Under the pieces are notes generated by a model, which saw nothing but the letters and a program-made list of their open reading frames with translations, was not told where the DNA came from and ran no database searches. DNA of 64,000 bases from Asterias rubens (lineage: Eukaryota), in NCBI RefSeq assembly GCF_902459465.1, contig NC_047079.1, forward strand, positions 7,564,001 through 7,628,000, written 5' to 3'. A program made the translations under genes and the position numbers. Positions within the stretch are counted from its first letter, which is position 1, and every line of letters starts with the position of its first letter. This document shows positions 12,801 to 24,351 of this stretch, one piece after another.

Positions 12801-15800
12801 TAGAAGTCACGGCTCACCGTAATCGAGTAGTTGCTAAAAGGTAAGACTGGAACCCTTACAACGTAGCACATTGTAAACCCTAACATTGTAGCACCTAGTA
12901 AACCCTTAGAAGTCACGGCTCACCGTAATCGAGTGGTTGCTAAAAGGTAAGACTGGAACCCTTACAACGTAGCACATTGTAAACCCTAACATTGTAGCAC
13001 CTAGTAAACCCTTAGAAGTCACGGCACACCGTAATCGAGTGGTTGCTAAAAGGTAAGACTGGAACCCTTACAACGTAGCACATTGTAAACCCTAACATTG
13101 TAGCACCTAGTAAACCCTTAGAAGTCACGGCACACCGTAATCGAGTGGTTGGCAATTTGTGATGTATTTTTATACTAACTACTGCGCCTTGAACACCCAG
13201 CAGGGTGGATGTTTGCACATTACGAGTCTTTATTATTTATATTATTAACAGGTGTTTAATGTCTTGGGCATCATGGAGTACAGAGAACGCAGAGAGAGTG
13301 CAGAAGCTTCATGTATTCAGGATCCGTAGAGTCAAACACCTGGTAAGCCATTTTACTTTCATTTTATTTTTTCAAATGGAATGAGGACAAGAGCTGCACA
13401 ATTTCAGAGTAGATAAAAAAAATAACTGCTAGTCAAAAGAGATTTTCACATGGTGTTACAACAAACCTGTCTTAGTTATTCTCCCACCATGCATAGTTTC
13501 AAATCTAACGAGTCAAATCATCAGTTTTTATGGTATTTGATTGACTGAATTCCTGGTTTAACTTAAGACACGATCTCTTAGAAGGATTATGTTATAGTCA
13601 GTGTTGCCTTCTCTCCTATCAAAAGGTCTTGCATCACTGGCATTCACAGCAACTTAAACTCCACGCAGCGAGGGAGTTCCATCGTCGGGCAGTGGCGTCT
13701 CGTCTTCTTGAGATCATGACCAAGTGGAGAGAGTACATCACTGCTAAGCAACATCGGGAGGCTGAAGTAGAGAAGATGCTGCAGGAGAGGCTGGAGACTT
13801 TGATACGGGAGACTTGGGAAGACTGGAAGAGACAGACGAGAACATCACAACAGATGAAACAGATCTTCCATCGAAATTTGGGAGCCAGGTAATAAGTCGG
13901 GAATTTTTAAAGAAAATCACAGAATAAGAAATCCTGTCCTTTGAACGACTTAATCTAGTGCTGAGGACACTGTCTCTCAAAACTCTGTGAAATCTATAAC
14001 CACAAGGGGTTCCCAAATTATTTCAACATGCCCTCTACAGTTTGGATCCTTGTTTTGTCAGCAATGACTCTCACTCCGTTAATTCCTTGTTCAATGACAT
14101 TGTGTCTCTAACCCCAGGTGTATGCGAGCATGGCGCCAGCATACCATCCAGCAACGCAACCTCCATCTTGCTGAATCTATCACTAAGAGTAAGAATGAAG
14201 CTCGTATCCAGGGGGTCGCCATGCGAGCGTGGTACCAGGCATATCAGGCCAATCAGCTCGCTCAGCAGATGCAGGATTCACTGAAGGAGAAACGTGTTAA
14301 GGAAGCGTTTAAAGATTGGAGGAAATCTGTGCAGCAGTGTCGCAGTGACAAGTTCAGAGAGAGGAGCTTGCTGAAACGAGTAAGGGAGAATAAAAATGTA
14401 GAATAATAATGAATAATAATTATAATGAATATTTATATATATTTTCTTTCAAAAGTTAAAACAAGGTTGTTTCTTGTAATAATAGATTTTGACATTTTCT
14501 TCAATGATTAATAACGACTTGGTTATTTCTTCCTCATACAATTTGCAGACTTTCCAAGACTGGAAATCTAGCTTTGTCAAACAGAGGTCGGCAAGATCGA
14601 GTCTACTAAAAATTGCCCAGCATTGGAGGAAACTAACACAAAGATCAAAACATTTGGACCAATCAGTGGCCTCCTACCTTGCCCAACAGAATAGGATGAG
14701 ACAGAGGCAGGCATTGAACAGCTGGAGGTCGTCATGGCAACAGCAGAGGAAGGCAACAGCTTATTGGGGTACAGTGATACTTAGAAGGTGGGTGTTTTAA
14801 GCAGAGTGTGGGTTCAAGTCCCAGTTGTGGCACTTGTGTCCCTGGCAAGATACTTTACCATAATTTGCTTTGTCCTTCGAATGGCTGAATGCACTATGAT
14901 TGTTTGTTCACGAAATGGAAACCAGCATGCTTATCGTTGAAGAGAATGGGTAAACCCTGGTGTTTCTGGTTCACATACATAGCAAGCCCCCTTTTTTACA
15001 GGTTTCCTCGGGCTTGTTAGCTTCAAAAATTAAATTTGCTTATGAGGCATCCTAGGTTTCATTAACAGAGTGTATAAAATAATGTCCTTAGCTTTTATTT
15101 CTTTTCTATAATTTTTGTGTGTAATTCCTCTGATATAGAGAATGTATTGTTTATTGATAATTTTTGCACTGATTTGGTAAAATTTGACGTATTGTTATTT
15201 TGGTCAATTTAACTGATTAATGTAAATGTCTAACTGAAATATTGTACTGAATTGAATGTGGTAAAGCACATTCTTTACACAATGGTTCAACATTGGCCAA
15301 AGGATTCTGTTAACCTCTGAGTCTGTGATATATGATGTAATTTAAAAGATATTTAAAATATATTTACAATATATTTTTTACAGTCGTACATGCTTATTTA
15401 TTTCTTTTCCCAGTTGTAATTTATTTAATTTGTAATCGTTGCTTTAGTTTTCTTTCCGAAGATGTTTCTATTTTTATTGTTAACTATGTAAATACATATT
15501 ATATAGGTTTAATGAATATTTGTGTGTATTATCCTTTCCTGTAATTGGCTGCTCATCCTCTGTTTGGTCAATATATGTAATATAATACTAATATATTATT
15601 GTTTGCTTCAGGTGTATTGATGCATGGCATAAATATTCTGCGACTCAGAAGGAACGAAGGGATAAACTCAAGCTTTATCAAGAGGAGAAACGTCAGAAAA
15701 TGGTATGTTTGAAAAGAATTTAAGTCTTGGACCAGCTCAATAGAGCTGCTTGAGCAGGAATACTGATTAACAATTTTCTGCTAAGCAAAATGGAGTAGGA

Positions 15801-18800
15801 TACCAGTGACAAATTGTGTATGTGAGATAGTATTTTGGTTGGTAACCTTACTCTTGTAAGCATATTATTTTCTGCTTAGCTGTTTTTAACAGCTCTATGA
15901 AAGTGTGCTTTACTTTTGAAACCAAAAGTTTCCAAATACTTTGACAAATAATTTGTTGAACTTGCTTGGTTATCTTCAATCAAATTTCTTAAAAGATCAT
16001 TACCTATGGCTTAAGCTGCTCAATGAATTTAGGCCCTGGTTAGATTTGAAATTATAAAAAAAAAACGGGGATCAAAATTACTGAAAAGATCATTGGAATG
16101 GAAACCTCCGCCCCTCTTTCTGCTTAGGCTTCGTCGATGTTCAAAAGATGGCAGAAAGACTTCCTCCGCTCTAGAGAGCTTGAACGCAGACTGACTGGAC
16201 TCAGCCAACAGAGGGCAGCAGAGACACTACATCATGTGGTGCAGTCGTGGCATCATGTTACCATGGAAACTAATGCTGTGAAACAACATCACAGTGTTGT
16301 ACAATCCCAGGTACTTCGTCATTTACAAAGTCTCGCTCGGATTTTTTGGTTCCACAAATTTGAACGCATGAAAGAAACAAACTTGCGTACTTCAATGAGT
16401 CCCAATGTTTTATTCGAGTGAGACTTGTTCAGTTTATTAGTATGTTGCGCTTCCAGGAAAAAGGGGCGGAGGATTAATAAAAAATGAATGTAACAATTCT
16501 TGAGAAATATAGCTAATATTATAAAAACAGAGAGATTAGGAACCAATTTCATAAAGCTGTTATGCAGAAAATTCTGCTTAGCAAATTCCTTGGTTAAGCA
16601 AGAGATTACCGGGGTACCAGTCACACCAATGGTAACTGTTTGGTGTTCTGGCAAGTTTTTGTGCTTGCGGTCTATGAAATTATTCCCAGTTATAATTGCC
16701 TCTGAAGTGAAGACGATAATTTATCTCATTGTTCTAACTGTTTCAATATTCTTCACCATAGGCGTGGATACAGTGGCAGAAATCTCTCAATAACAACAGA
16801 CGAGCAACGGAGATGGCTGATGCTAAAAAGAACCAGATGAAAAGGGTTACCTTCAGGAAACTGACGAACTGGAGCAAAGGTAAACTTTATTGCCATCCTT
16901 CTGTGACGGGAAATGTTTGTTTGTTTTGATCTTTTTTGAACTTGAGGCATTCCTGTTCGAACATCATGTTCTCCTCATTGGCATAACTAAATATTTTCAT
17001 TTTATGTTTTTATTTTGTTTTTTAGGGGGGGGGCGTGATCAGCCTCCTTAATTATGACTACATAACCTTGGTCTTAGTCAAATCTTTTGCATATTTCTTC
17101 TTCCTTTCACAGCCAGGAAGTCCCAAAAGTCTTCCCATCTTTCAGTCCAGTCCCAGCTTTGTCTACATTCTGTCAAAGCTGCTTTCATTCTGTGGCGATC
17201 AGAGACTCTTAAGAAAGTCAAGGCAGTTACTCATGCTGACCTCGTCTTGCAGACCAAGTAAGTTGATGTAATAAAATGTTAGCTATGATTAGAAAGACAC
17301 AACAAAATTACTTCATTGTTATCCCAAATTCCTGCTGCTTCAAACCACTATAATGCTCTTTTTTTTACTTCTATTTCAGGGTCATGAAGGAGTGGGCTGT
17401 TGTTGTTAGACGGAGGCTCGCTCTGCGAAGACTCAAAGAAACCGTGGAGAAAAAATCAGCAGCACTGAAACTGCAGATGGCGACACGCGTCTGGAAGGAA
17501 CACTTCCAACGTACAAAGCAACTGAAACAGCTCCTAGAGGGTGCCCTCTTGTGTCGAGACCAGGGCATCTTGAACGAGGCGTTTATCCACTGGAGGAAAG
17601 AGGCTGCCACAAGGCGTGCTGTAAAGCACCGGAATGGTGCATTGTTGAAACAGGGGTGGGCCATGTGGCGGATGAGGGTGAGAGAGAAAGTTCTTGAGAG
17701 ACAGTTTGAGGAGGATATGGGAGAAGTGGCAGAGGAACACTATAATTCATGGCTAAGGTAAGGACATTGATCTGTGGTTACGCTTAAAAAACGTAGATTT
17801 GTCTTGATTTCAGTTATCAGCGTTATTCAAAGCCAGGGGTGTCCCAGGGAAATCTGTTCCATGGAGATTTTGTCCCTCTTATGGGAAATTAACATGGGCT
17901 GGAGGAAGACGATTCAAAAGAGGGCGCTATCAGAAGAAGTTTGTAAATGGTTCGCCATGTTGGTGGACAGAATCTACTGGGGGACAGAATCCCCGAAGTG
18001 TCTCAAGAGATCCCCGAAATCTCCGGCCACATCTCAAATTTGACCTCTGATTCTTGTTATCTTTCTCCATATAGTAAGACTGTTCTGGGATTGTGGCTCA
18101 CTGAGGCAAGGGTGGGCAGGCTCCGGAAGAAACATGACAACCGCCTTGCCAAGAAATATGCCCAGATCTGGAAGAATGGGTCTAAGATGGAGGAGATTGC
18201 AACACAACTTGTGAGTATCTTAAGAACCTCTTGCCCTTCTCAGAAATCTTTTCTTCTTTTGTCAGTGTAATTCTTTTTTATTGAAGCTAATTTCTCAAGA
18301 TATGCGTTAATTTATTCATACCTTTCTTGGATGGAATTATTTTTTTCTAAATCAATTTTGAATACTGATCTTTGAAAACTACCAATTAAGTTATTTTGTT
18401 TCTGATGAACCTTCTGTCATTACATTTCCTTTTTTGTTACACAGAATATCTACTGGTCAATGCAGAGAACCTGGGTCATATGGAGACGACATATGATCCA
18501 GACTCTCATGGCTAAAACACTACAGAAACACACTGAGAAGCAAATGAAGGAACAGGTAGGGACCAGTCTATTAAATTTGCTCAACCCCCCACCAACACTT
18601 TGTCTCTTGTCTTTGTCTTTTGAACTAATGTTCCCTTAACTGGAAGATTATATCCAAACTTAATGTCTTTTCATTTTGTACTTCCATCAAATTGTTTTCT
18701 TCTTTTTCATACTGACTCAATATTGTATAAAAGAAAATATTTAATCAATACATGTTTATTGTTTTATCATTAGTAAATATAACTTTTGTTTGTAGGGCTG

Positions 18801-19424
18801 AGTATACAGTGCTCAAACACATTGGTGTGAGGGTAATACCAAAACTAAAATTCTTTATTCCCAAGAATGCAATTTCAACATCTGTTAAATCGTTAGTAAA
18901 TAGTTAACCAGTTCTAGAGATTCTAACTGTGCCATCTTTAGAGTTAACTTTTGTTTCTTACTTTTGTCAAGATGGTCTGGGGGCGTCCATGAGTGCCAGT
19001 GTTATCCTTCTCTTTTTTTTACACGTGTTTATGTACCTTTTATTGCAAATATGATATATTTTTATCTAATAGAACTGAAATAAATAAAAATAATAAATTA
19101 ACCAACTAGTTTGGAGATTCTAACTTGTTATCTTTGTCTCATCAATTTGGTTTTTAGACCTTCAAAGCTTGGCAGAAGCAGGGTAGACACAACAATAACA
19201 ATGGTCTACGTAAGGATCTTCTGAATCGAAGACTACACATGGCCTTTAGGGTCTGGCGGGAGAAAACGCAGTGTGGGAATAAGTCTCGCAGTTCAAGTAT
19301 TAGTAACCACTCATCATCGGCTGGATACACCAGCTCGTCTGGAGCGAGCGAATTGGCTGGAATATGGTTTAATGCTCAGAGGACTGGGGCAGTCTATGGG
19401 GATGGGAGTCCAGCCTCACAGTGA
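833..19424 (+). CDS. SFI1: Very large Sfi1-repeat (centrin-binding-type) protein, SFI1-like; 30 coding exons visible, about 2745 codons, start not resolved
   Basis: Hand-spliced GT-AG exons, all phase-compatible: 833-2667, 2824-2912, 3273-3402, 3709-3788, 4293-4512, 4743-4888, 5247-5423, 5577-5768, 5990-6220, 6758-6990, 7223-7409, 7747-7851, 8151-8376, 8634-8809, 9289-10660, 11002-11208, 11624-11767, 12214-12416, 13252-13342, 13626-13888, 14118-14379, 14549-14787, 15612-15702, 16128-16310, 16762-16879, 17113-17257, 17380-17757, 18075-18210, 18445-18555, 19158-19424 (sum 8237 nt = 2 + 2745 codons, ending TGA). Recurrent basic helical repeats ending in Trp (LLWRSLNAW, KMVFRAWRNH, KEAFKDWRKS, NEAFIHWRKE) match the Sfi1 repeat pattern. 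Orthology to SFI1, rather than another Sfi1-repeat family, is inferred. Confidence 0.8.
3368..3590 (+). repeat. 94-bp tandem duplication (about 2.4 copies) spanning an exon 3' end and its splice donor
   Basis: Unit starts at 3368, 3462 and 3556: CCCCACCAGAGACCCATGAACATCTTGTCACTCAG|GT...GCCTAACCCTAACCCTTAG. Confidence 0.9.
8825..9005 (-). mobile_element. tRNA-derived SINE fragment interrupted by a MITE
   Basis: Minus strand TTGTGTCTTTGAGCAGAATATGTAACCATTATTGC resembles the GTGTCCTTGAGCAAGACACTT core of the copies near 14800, 20700 and 34000. Confidence 0.6.
9006..9151. mobile_element. Harbinger/PIF-like MITE with CAG target-site duplication
   Basis: Imperfect TIRs GAGTGGATTTCACAA / TTGTGAAATCGACCC flanked by CAG..CAG, with internal GGACTAGTCC palindromes. 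The related SINE copy near 20780 shows the empty site ACACCAGAGCTT. Confidence 0.75.
11232..11352. mobile_element. Hairpin MITE, same family as 46863-46989
   Basis: TGTCCGAAACGGTGACTTCAGCTGCAGCTACGGCTAGAT ... ATCTAGCCGTAACTGTAGCCGAAGTCGCCAGTTCGGACA, sharing the core CTATTCTTCAACACTGG. Confidence 0.75.
12375..13149 (+). repeat. 106-bp tandem array (7 full copies plus a partial eighth) copying the end of exon 12214-12416 and its donor
   Basis: CTTAGAAGTCACGG starts at 12375, 12481, 12587, 12693, 12799, 12905, 13011 and 13117. Confidence 0.95.
14801..15010 (+). mobile_element. tRNA-derived SINE fragment
   Basis: B-box-like GGGTTCAAGTCCC followed by GGCACTTGTGTCCCTGGCAAGATACTTTACCATAAT. Confidence 0.6.
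16537..16690. mobile_element. MITE of the GGCCCAATTTCATAAAGC family (degenerate; relatives near 15730-15905, 32483-32700, 40368-40559)
   Basis: GGAACCAATTTCATAAAGCTG ... GGTCTATGAAATTATTCCCAG with internal CTGCTTAGCA motifs shared among copies. Confidence 0.6.
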
Positions 19425-20629
19425 CATGTTTGGTCTGGTGATTTGCATTCTGTGTCTCCATCGAATGGAAATCATTGATATGGATTCAGCTGTGTTTCAT
19501 GGGGGGGGGAGTTTACTACATGGGATTTAGATAATGTGCAGAGGACTGCGACTTTCTTTAAGGATGGGGGTCCAGCCTCACAGTGATGTTTCAATATGAT
19601 TATTGGTATAGTGACTTGCCTCTCTATTGAGGGCAATTTGGGCCAATTTGTCTGAGATTCTTTTTTTTTTTTTTTCTTCTTTTTTTTTTTTTTGGGGGGG
19701 GGGGGGCGTAAGTAATTACAAGAGGTAAAGACTGTTTTAAAGTAGGGAACATTTTTATTTAATTTTGTTCCTATGGAGGGGGGCGCCATGGTATAGCTTA
19801 TACAGATGGTCCTTATTTTTGTTCACTATCATACCTGAAGAAGTATCTATTCACAAACATTTCTGGAACTGCTACATTCATCTCATGTTGGTTATCTCAC
19901 CAAAATTCTTTATAGGATTTTAATTTTTTTTTTTTTTGGGGGGGGGGGGTACAAATGCACAAGTGGAAAATAGTGTTTTAAAGTATATGAACTTTCTTTT
20001 TGTGGGGGGGGGGGGGGGCATGGTATCTAAAAAGATGGTCCTCATTATCATACCTAAAGGATTTATTCACAAAGTTGTCGAGAACTGCTTTATTTGCCTG
20101 GTCTTCTGTCACGTAGCATCGTTTGTGAAAAAAAATTCTACCTGACCTTTATTTTTTTTAATTGTATAATTTTATTTATTAAAAATGTATAAACTATTTT
20201 ACAGAGCTCAGGACAAACTAATAATCCTGGCTATAAATAGCATAATATTTCATGATGTACAGTACAACATCTTTGAAATTATCAAAACTCAAAAACAGTA
20301 ATGAAAAATGTGCTTAAATTTTAAATAAATTTATTGATATGATACAGAATTTGAAATTCTGGTAGTGAAATTAAATGAATCGGTTAAATCTCAACCTTTG
20401 GCTTTTTATTCTTTCCCGTTATTTTTTATATTGAATTTATTGATAGAACTCAAATTGTCTTACCAACCAAATGTCTTTTTTATTTTGGGCGGCAGGATTG
20501 GCTCCATCAGTAAATTTGTAAACATAACCTTGCAGGTACAGAACTACTGCCACAAAGACTTGAGTTTTTTTATGCAAGTTGCCAGACACACAAGGCCTGA
20601 AGGTCACTTCGAGATGTGGGCTACTATGA

Positions 20630-20830
20630 ATTTCTGAAGAGCCTGTTGACACCTACTCCTGCTCCCGGACGTAGGCTTGGGTTTCCAGCAGAAAGCACTA
20701 CCTCCCAAACTTTACGAAGCAGTCGGGGTTAAGTGTCTTGCTTCCACAACCAGAACTCAACCCCACACTCTTCTGACCAAACACCAGAGCTTGAATCTGG
20801 CAGTGCTCTTAACCACTAGGCCATGAAACG
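20630..20830 (-). mobile_element. tRNA-derived SINE with A-box-like head
   Basis: Minus strand CATGGCCTAGTGGTTAAGAGCACTG...GCAAGACACTTAACCCC. Confidence 0.6.
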
Positions 20831-21396
20831 GCACCTGAGTTAAAAAGACTTGTGTTTTCCAGTTTACTAAAAGCAAGAAATCTAGCCATTGTTGACTGAC
20901 GAGAGTGAAAAACACACAGTAGAAGATTTTAAGCGAAGCAAGAGTTCTTTGTAAGCTATGACACATTTTATTGTTTTTCGCATTAAAACTTATGTACACT
21001 AAATTAAAATCTTTCACATGCAATAAATTAAAACAAAAACATGGTTAGCACTAAAAAACAAGAATACACTTAAAAATACTGTACAACCCAATGTGCGAGC
21101 AGATCAACGGAAAATTCAGGCCTATAATCACATCTTTGGGAAGTGAATGCCATTTTCATTTTGTAAAGAGCACTTCTATTAGACAATCTGAGAGTCTAAG
21201 GGAAACATTTGAAGGGGCACCAAGGCCAAAAGAAACAGAGTTCATGGTGTACAGAGCCTCAGTGTTACTCGTAGCCTGTTAATTGTCATTTATAGGATAC
21301 TTCTCAGATTCTGAAGGGATGTGAGAATATTTAATAATGAATAGATTCAAAGATTCTTAGCAAAAAATTGGCTTAGCATGGAAAACAGTTACTTAA

Positions 21397-21879
21397 AGGG
21401 TGGCTGCAGTGTTTTTTTATTTTATTTAAACGATTAAACATGACTTTTTAAACCAGAAATATTTTTTTTCTATTTTTATTTAATGCGCAAGTATTTCAAA
21501 AGTGGTTTTCAAGAGATTAGGGGAACCCACCCCGCCCCTAAAAGGGAGCCTTCATGTGACGTCATGTCGGGAACCCGAGCTGTCGGGCCTCCTGGCTGTG
21601 TGCATATAGAGACGTGTGCATTGTGTGGCCTGGTACCTAGGCGCGTGTAGTTAGGGACCAGACTCTTTTTGCCGACGATATGTTTGAATTGCCGGCGTGA
21701 CGTCGATGGTAGGGGGGCGGTAACAATCCACAAAAGGGGGGGCATGACTTATTCGCTAATTACGCAAGTGAGATATGTCGGGAAAAAACAAAACACATTT
21801 TATTAAGGTTCAATACATATATCAGAAATAAAATGACAGCAAAATTAACTGTTTTATTTTAATTCACTGCAGCATCCCT
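21397..21879. mobile_element. Non-autonomous Kolobok-like DNA transposon (TTAA TSD)
   Basis: TTAA-AGGGTGGCTGCAGTG ... CACTGCAGCATCCCT-TTAA, with a GC-rich interior containing inverted CCGCCCC/TGACGTC blocks. Superfamily inferred from the TTAA TSD and AG..CT ends. Confidence 0.7.
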
Positions 21880-22177
21880 TTAACGAAACAGGTTTCCAGC
21901 CAAAATACTTTGCTATTCATATTGTTGGTCATTGGTACACTGTCAATATAAGCTTGGCAATATTTTCTGCTAAACAATTCCAAGAAATGGGACCCACGAG
22001 GTGGGAACTTGGTCTGAAATATAATGTGCACTGGACGCCATTTCAGTAAGCAACTTTTTTGAAAGTTTGCATTGATTGGCAACTGTTTGCATCATGCCTC
22101 CAAAATACTGGAATTAAGTCAAACAAAATTTTGAACCTAACTTTGATTTAACCATAGCAGTCTGTAGTCACCATGTG

Positions 22178-23925
22178 CTACCTTTTCCCCTTGCTCTGTG
22201 TTGATTCTCCATCATTCTTACTAGATGACTTGGCTTGGCCCACTGCTTGCTTGCTGCAGGAACAAAAGAACAAACAACAACTGATTCCTGTGTTGCTTTT
22301 ATCGCCAAATAATAAACCGGCAAGCAAAAGTACACTGGGTTAACTTTAAATGATTTGGGTTTGAACAAAGAAATACTACTGGAGTGGAATTTTAACCAAT
22401 GACCTTCCGATTATTTAAGTCAGACAGAAAAGACTTCATGGAACTAAAGTAACTACTATCGAGGTCGAGGGTTGCAACTTAAAGCATCACAACATGTACA
22501 AACGACAAGGTGTAAGGGTTGAAAACAGAGAGCTCACAATAAAATGAAAACTAAGACTAAGAGGATTAAGCTCTAAGTTTACCTTTGACCTTCGTCTGGA
22601 TAACTGCTTGATGCTGATCCCATTATTCTCATTCGAGCTGCTGCATACTCCGCTTCTCTCTCTGCCAATGATTTCGTCTTGGCCTTGAAATAAAAACAAC
22701 ATCGTTCAATAATTATGGAAAAGTGACTTCTCAATAATGACTAAGAATTCCCCCTTTTGACAAAGAAGCTTAAAAGGGTTGCAGTTACACCATAAATTGT
22801 GGCCGATTCTGAATGGAACTGATGATGTGTTAACTCAATAGTCAGTTGTCCTTTCACCCAAAAAATAATGTGAACATTCAACATCCAAATGTGAATGGAT
22901 ATTCTCTTCTATGAGATTGCCTGGAACTGGTTGTCTGTAAATTGCCTCATAAGACAAGGTCCTTAGGCTTGTGATTGAAGACGGGAAAAGACACACACCA
23001 CAGAATCATGCTTCGTGCTCTTCCCTGCATCACCAGCGTCTGCATCCGACCCCATAGGTCTCTTGAGGATCTTCAGCTGTGGTTGGTAAGACGTCCTGGA
23101 CGAGTCTTCTTGGAGAACAATTCGACCCTGTGACTGACTTCCTGCTGCTGGGCCGTCTTCTTCTGCTGTCATCTTTTGACGAGACTTTAAGTCCTTCTCG
23201 AGACGCTGCTCCAATGCCTGAAAGGTAACCGGTGGTAAAACATTGGAAAGAATAGACTCTTGAACTATAAAGATGTTTATCTTCAACCAGGCTGTTTTCC
23301 CCTCCAGGAGTCTCCCACTCATACATAGACTCTAAAAAAGAGTTTTTTGGTTTGAAGTTGTCTTAAAAAACATCATTTCAATTGGCATCAAAATCTTTCT
23401 GCTAGACTGAAAAACTCAACCAGCCAGAAGGCACAACTCTTAAAGTTATTTTACTTACTTTTAAGGTATTTAATCGACTCTGAAATGCTCTGACCATAGT
23501 GTTTTCTTCACCAGTGTGCAATTGACCCCCCCCCCACCAGCCCCGCCCCTAAGCAAACCGTACAGACAGAAACAGGGTCAGTGATATTGTCAAGCCTCCA
23601 TGGAGTAGACAAGAGAGGTCAACAACCCAATGTTAGCCAAGTTGTTCTGGAGAAACACAAAACGTCACAAGTTAGTTAACGTTTAGTCTTGAAAGTTGAA
23701 TGATGTGTTTAAATACTGACTGGATCGAGGTGAAAAATCGGCAGCCCCAGTTCAATGAAATGACAATAAAATATAATGTTTTAACTCTTTTTTTTCAGGT
23801 TTGTGTAAATTCAAGAAAATTACTGATTTACCGATCATAAAAAAAGTATTTCTTACCCCACTATCTTCCATTTCTTCCCAGCTTTCCCACACATAATCGT
23901 CTGAATTTTCACCATTTTTCTCCAT
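22178..23925 (-). CDS. SZRD1: SUZ domain-containing protein 1
   Basis: Exons 23925-23857 (MEKNGENSDDYVWESWEEMEDSG), 23217-22999 (ALEQRLEK...PQLKILKRP), 22683-22583 (KSLAEREAEYAAARMRIMGS) and 22253-22178 (ends TAG). Motifs match human SZRD1 ESWEEAADSG, QIRILKRP and [20 protein letters not shown]. The exon 2 donor (GTGTGT) is weak. Confidence 0.9.
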
Positions 23926-24351
23926 CACACTCACAGTTTTTGCTTTCGTTGTTGAGGAACAGCAAAAATGAAAGAATCTTGCGATTGAGTTGCATGGACG
24001 AAAACAGTGAAACGATTTAGAGAGGAACCAGACTACAATGTCTGCATATTCGGGCTACTGTTTACTGTTTGAAGAAATTAAGCTGAAAACTAAATGGGTA
24101 TAAAATTCATTTGACGCTTTAAATTTGATTTTGTTGTTGTAAGATGGATTTCGTATTTCTCTCTCACTTTCAAAAAACCCTTGTTGGTTTGTTTTTGATG
24201 TTTTTATGTTAATTTTAGGAAGCTACTTGTAACAGAAATATCCAAAACAGCAAACAGCCGTTTAGTTTGTTTTGGGAATGGAAGTCTGGCTCTCAGCAGT
24301 AGCGTAGTACACTTTTTTTTTAATTCAGAGAAAACGACAACAACATGCAAC
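23926..24351. promoter_or_regulatory. Compact bidirectional promoter/5' UTR region between SZRD1 and TTC36
   Basis: Divergent start codons 427 bp apart. Confidence 0.55.

Noticed and set aside
12375-13149. CRISPR-like appearance of this and the 68-bp and 81-bp arrays
   Set aside because: Units are repeated in full with no unique spacers, there are no cas genes, and the context is eukaryotic.
19395-19590. Degenerate duplication of the Sfi1-like stop-codon region about 160 nt downstream
   Set aside because: A short local duplication in the 3' UTR with no acceptor suggesting an alternative terminal exon.
19650-20020. Poly-T/poly-G composite tracts (also at 6465-6490 and 56635-56670) as G-quadruplex or regulatory elements
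   Set aside because: Recurrent low-complexity homopolymers whose lengths are unreliable in assemblies.
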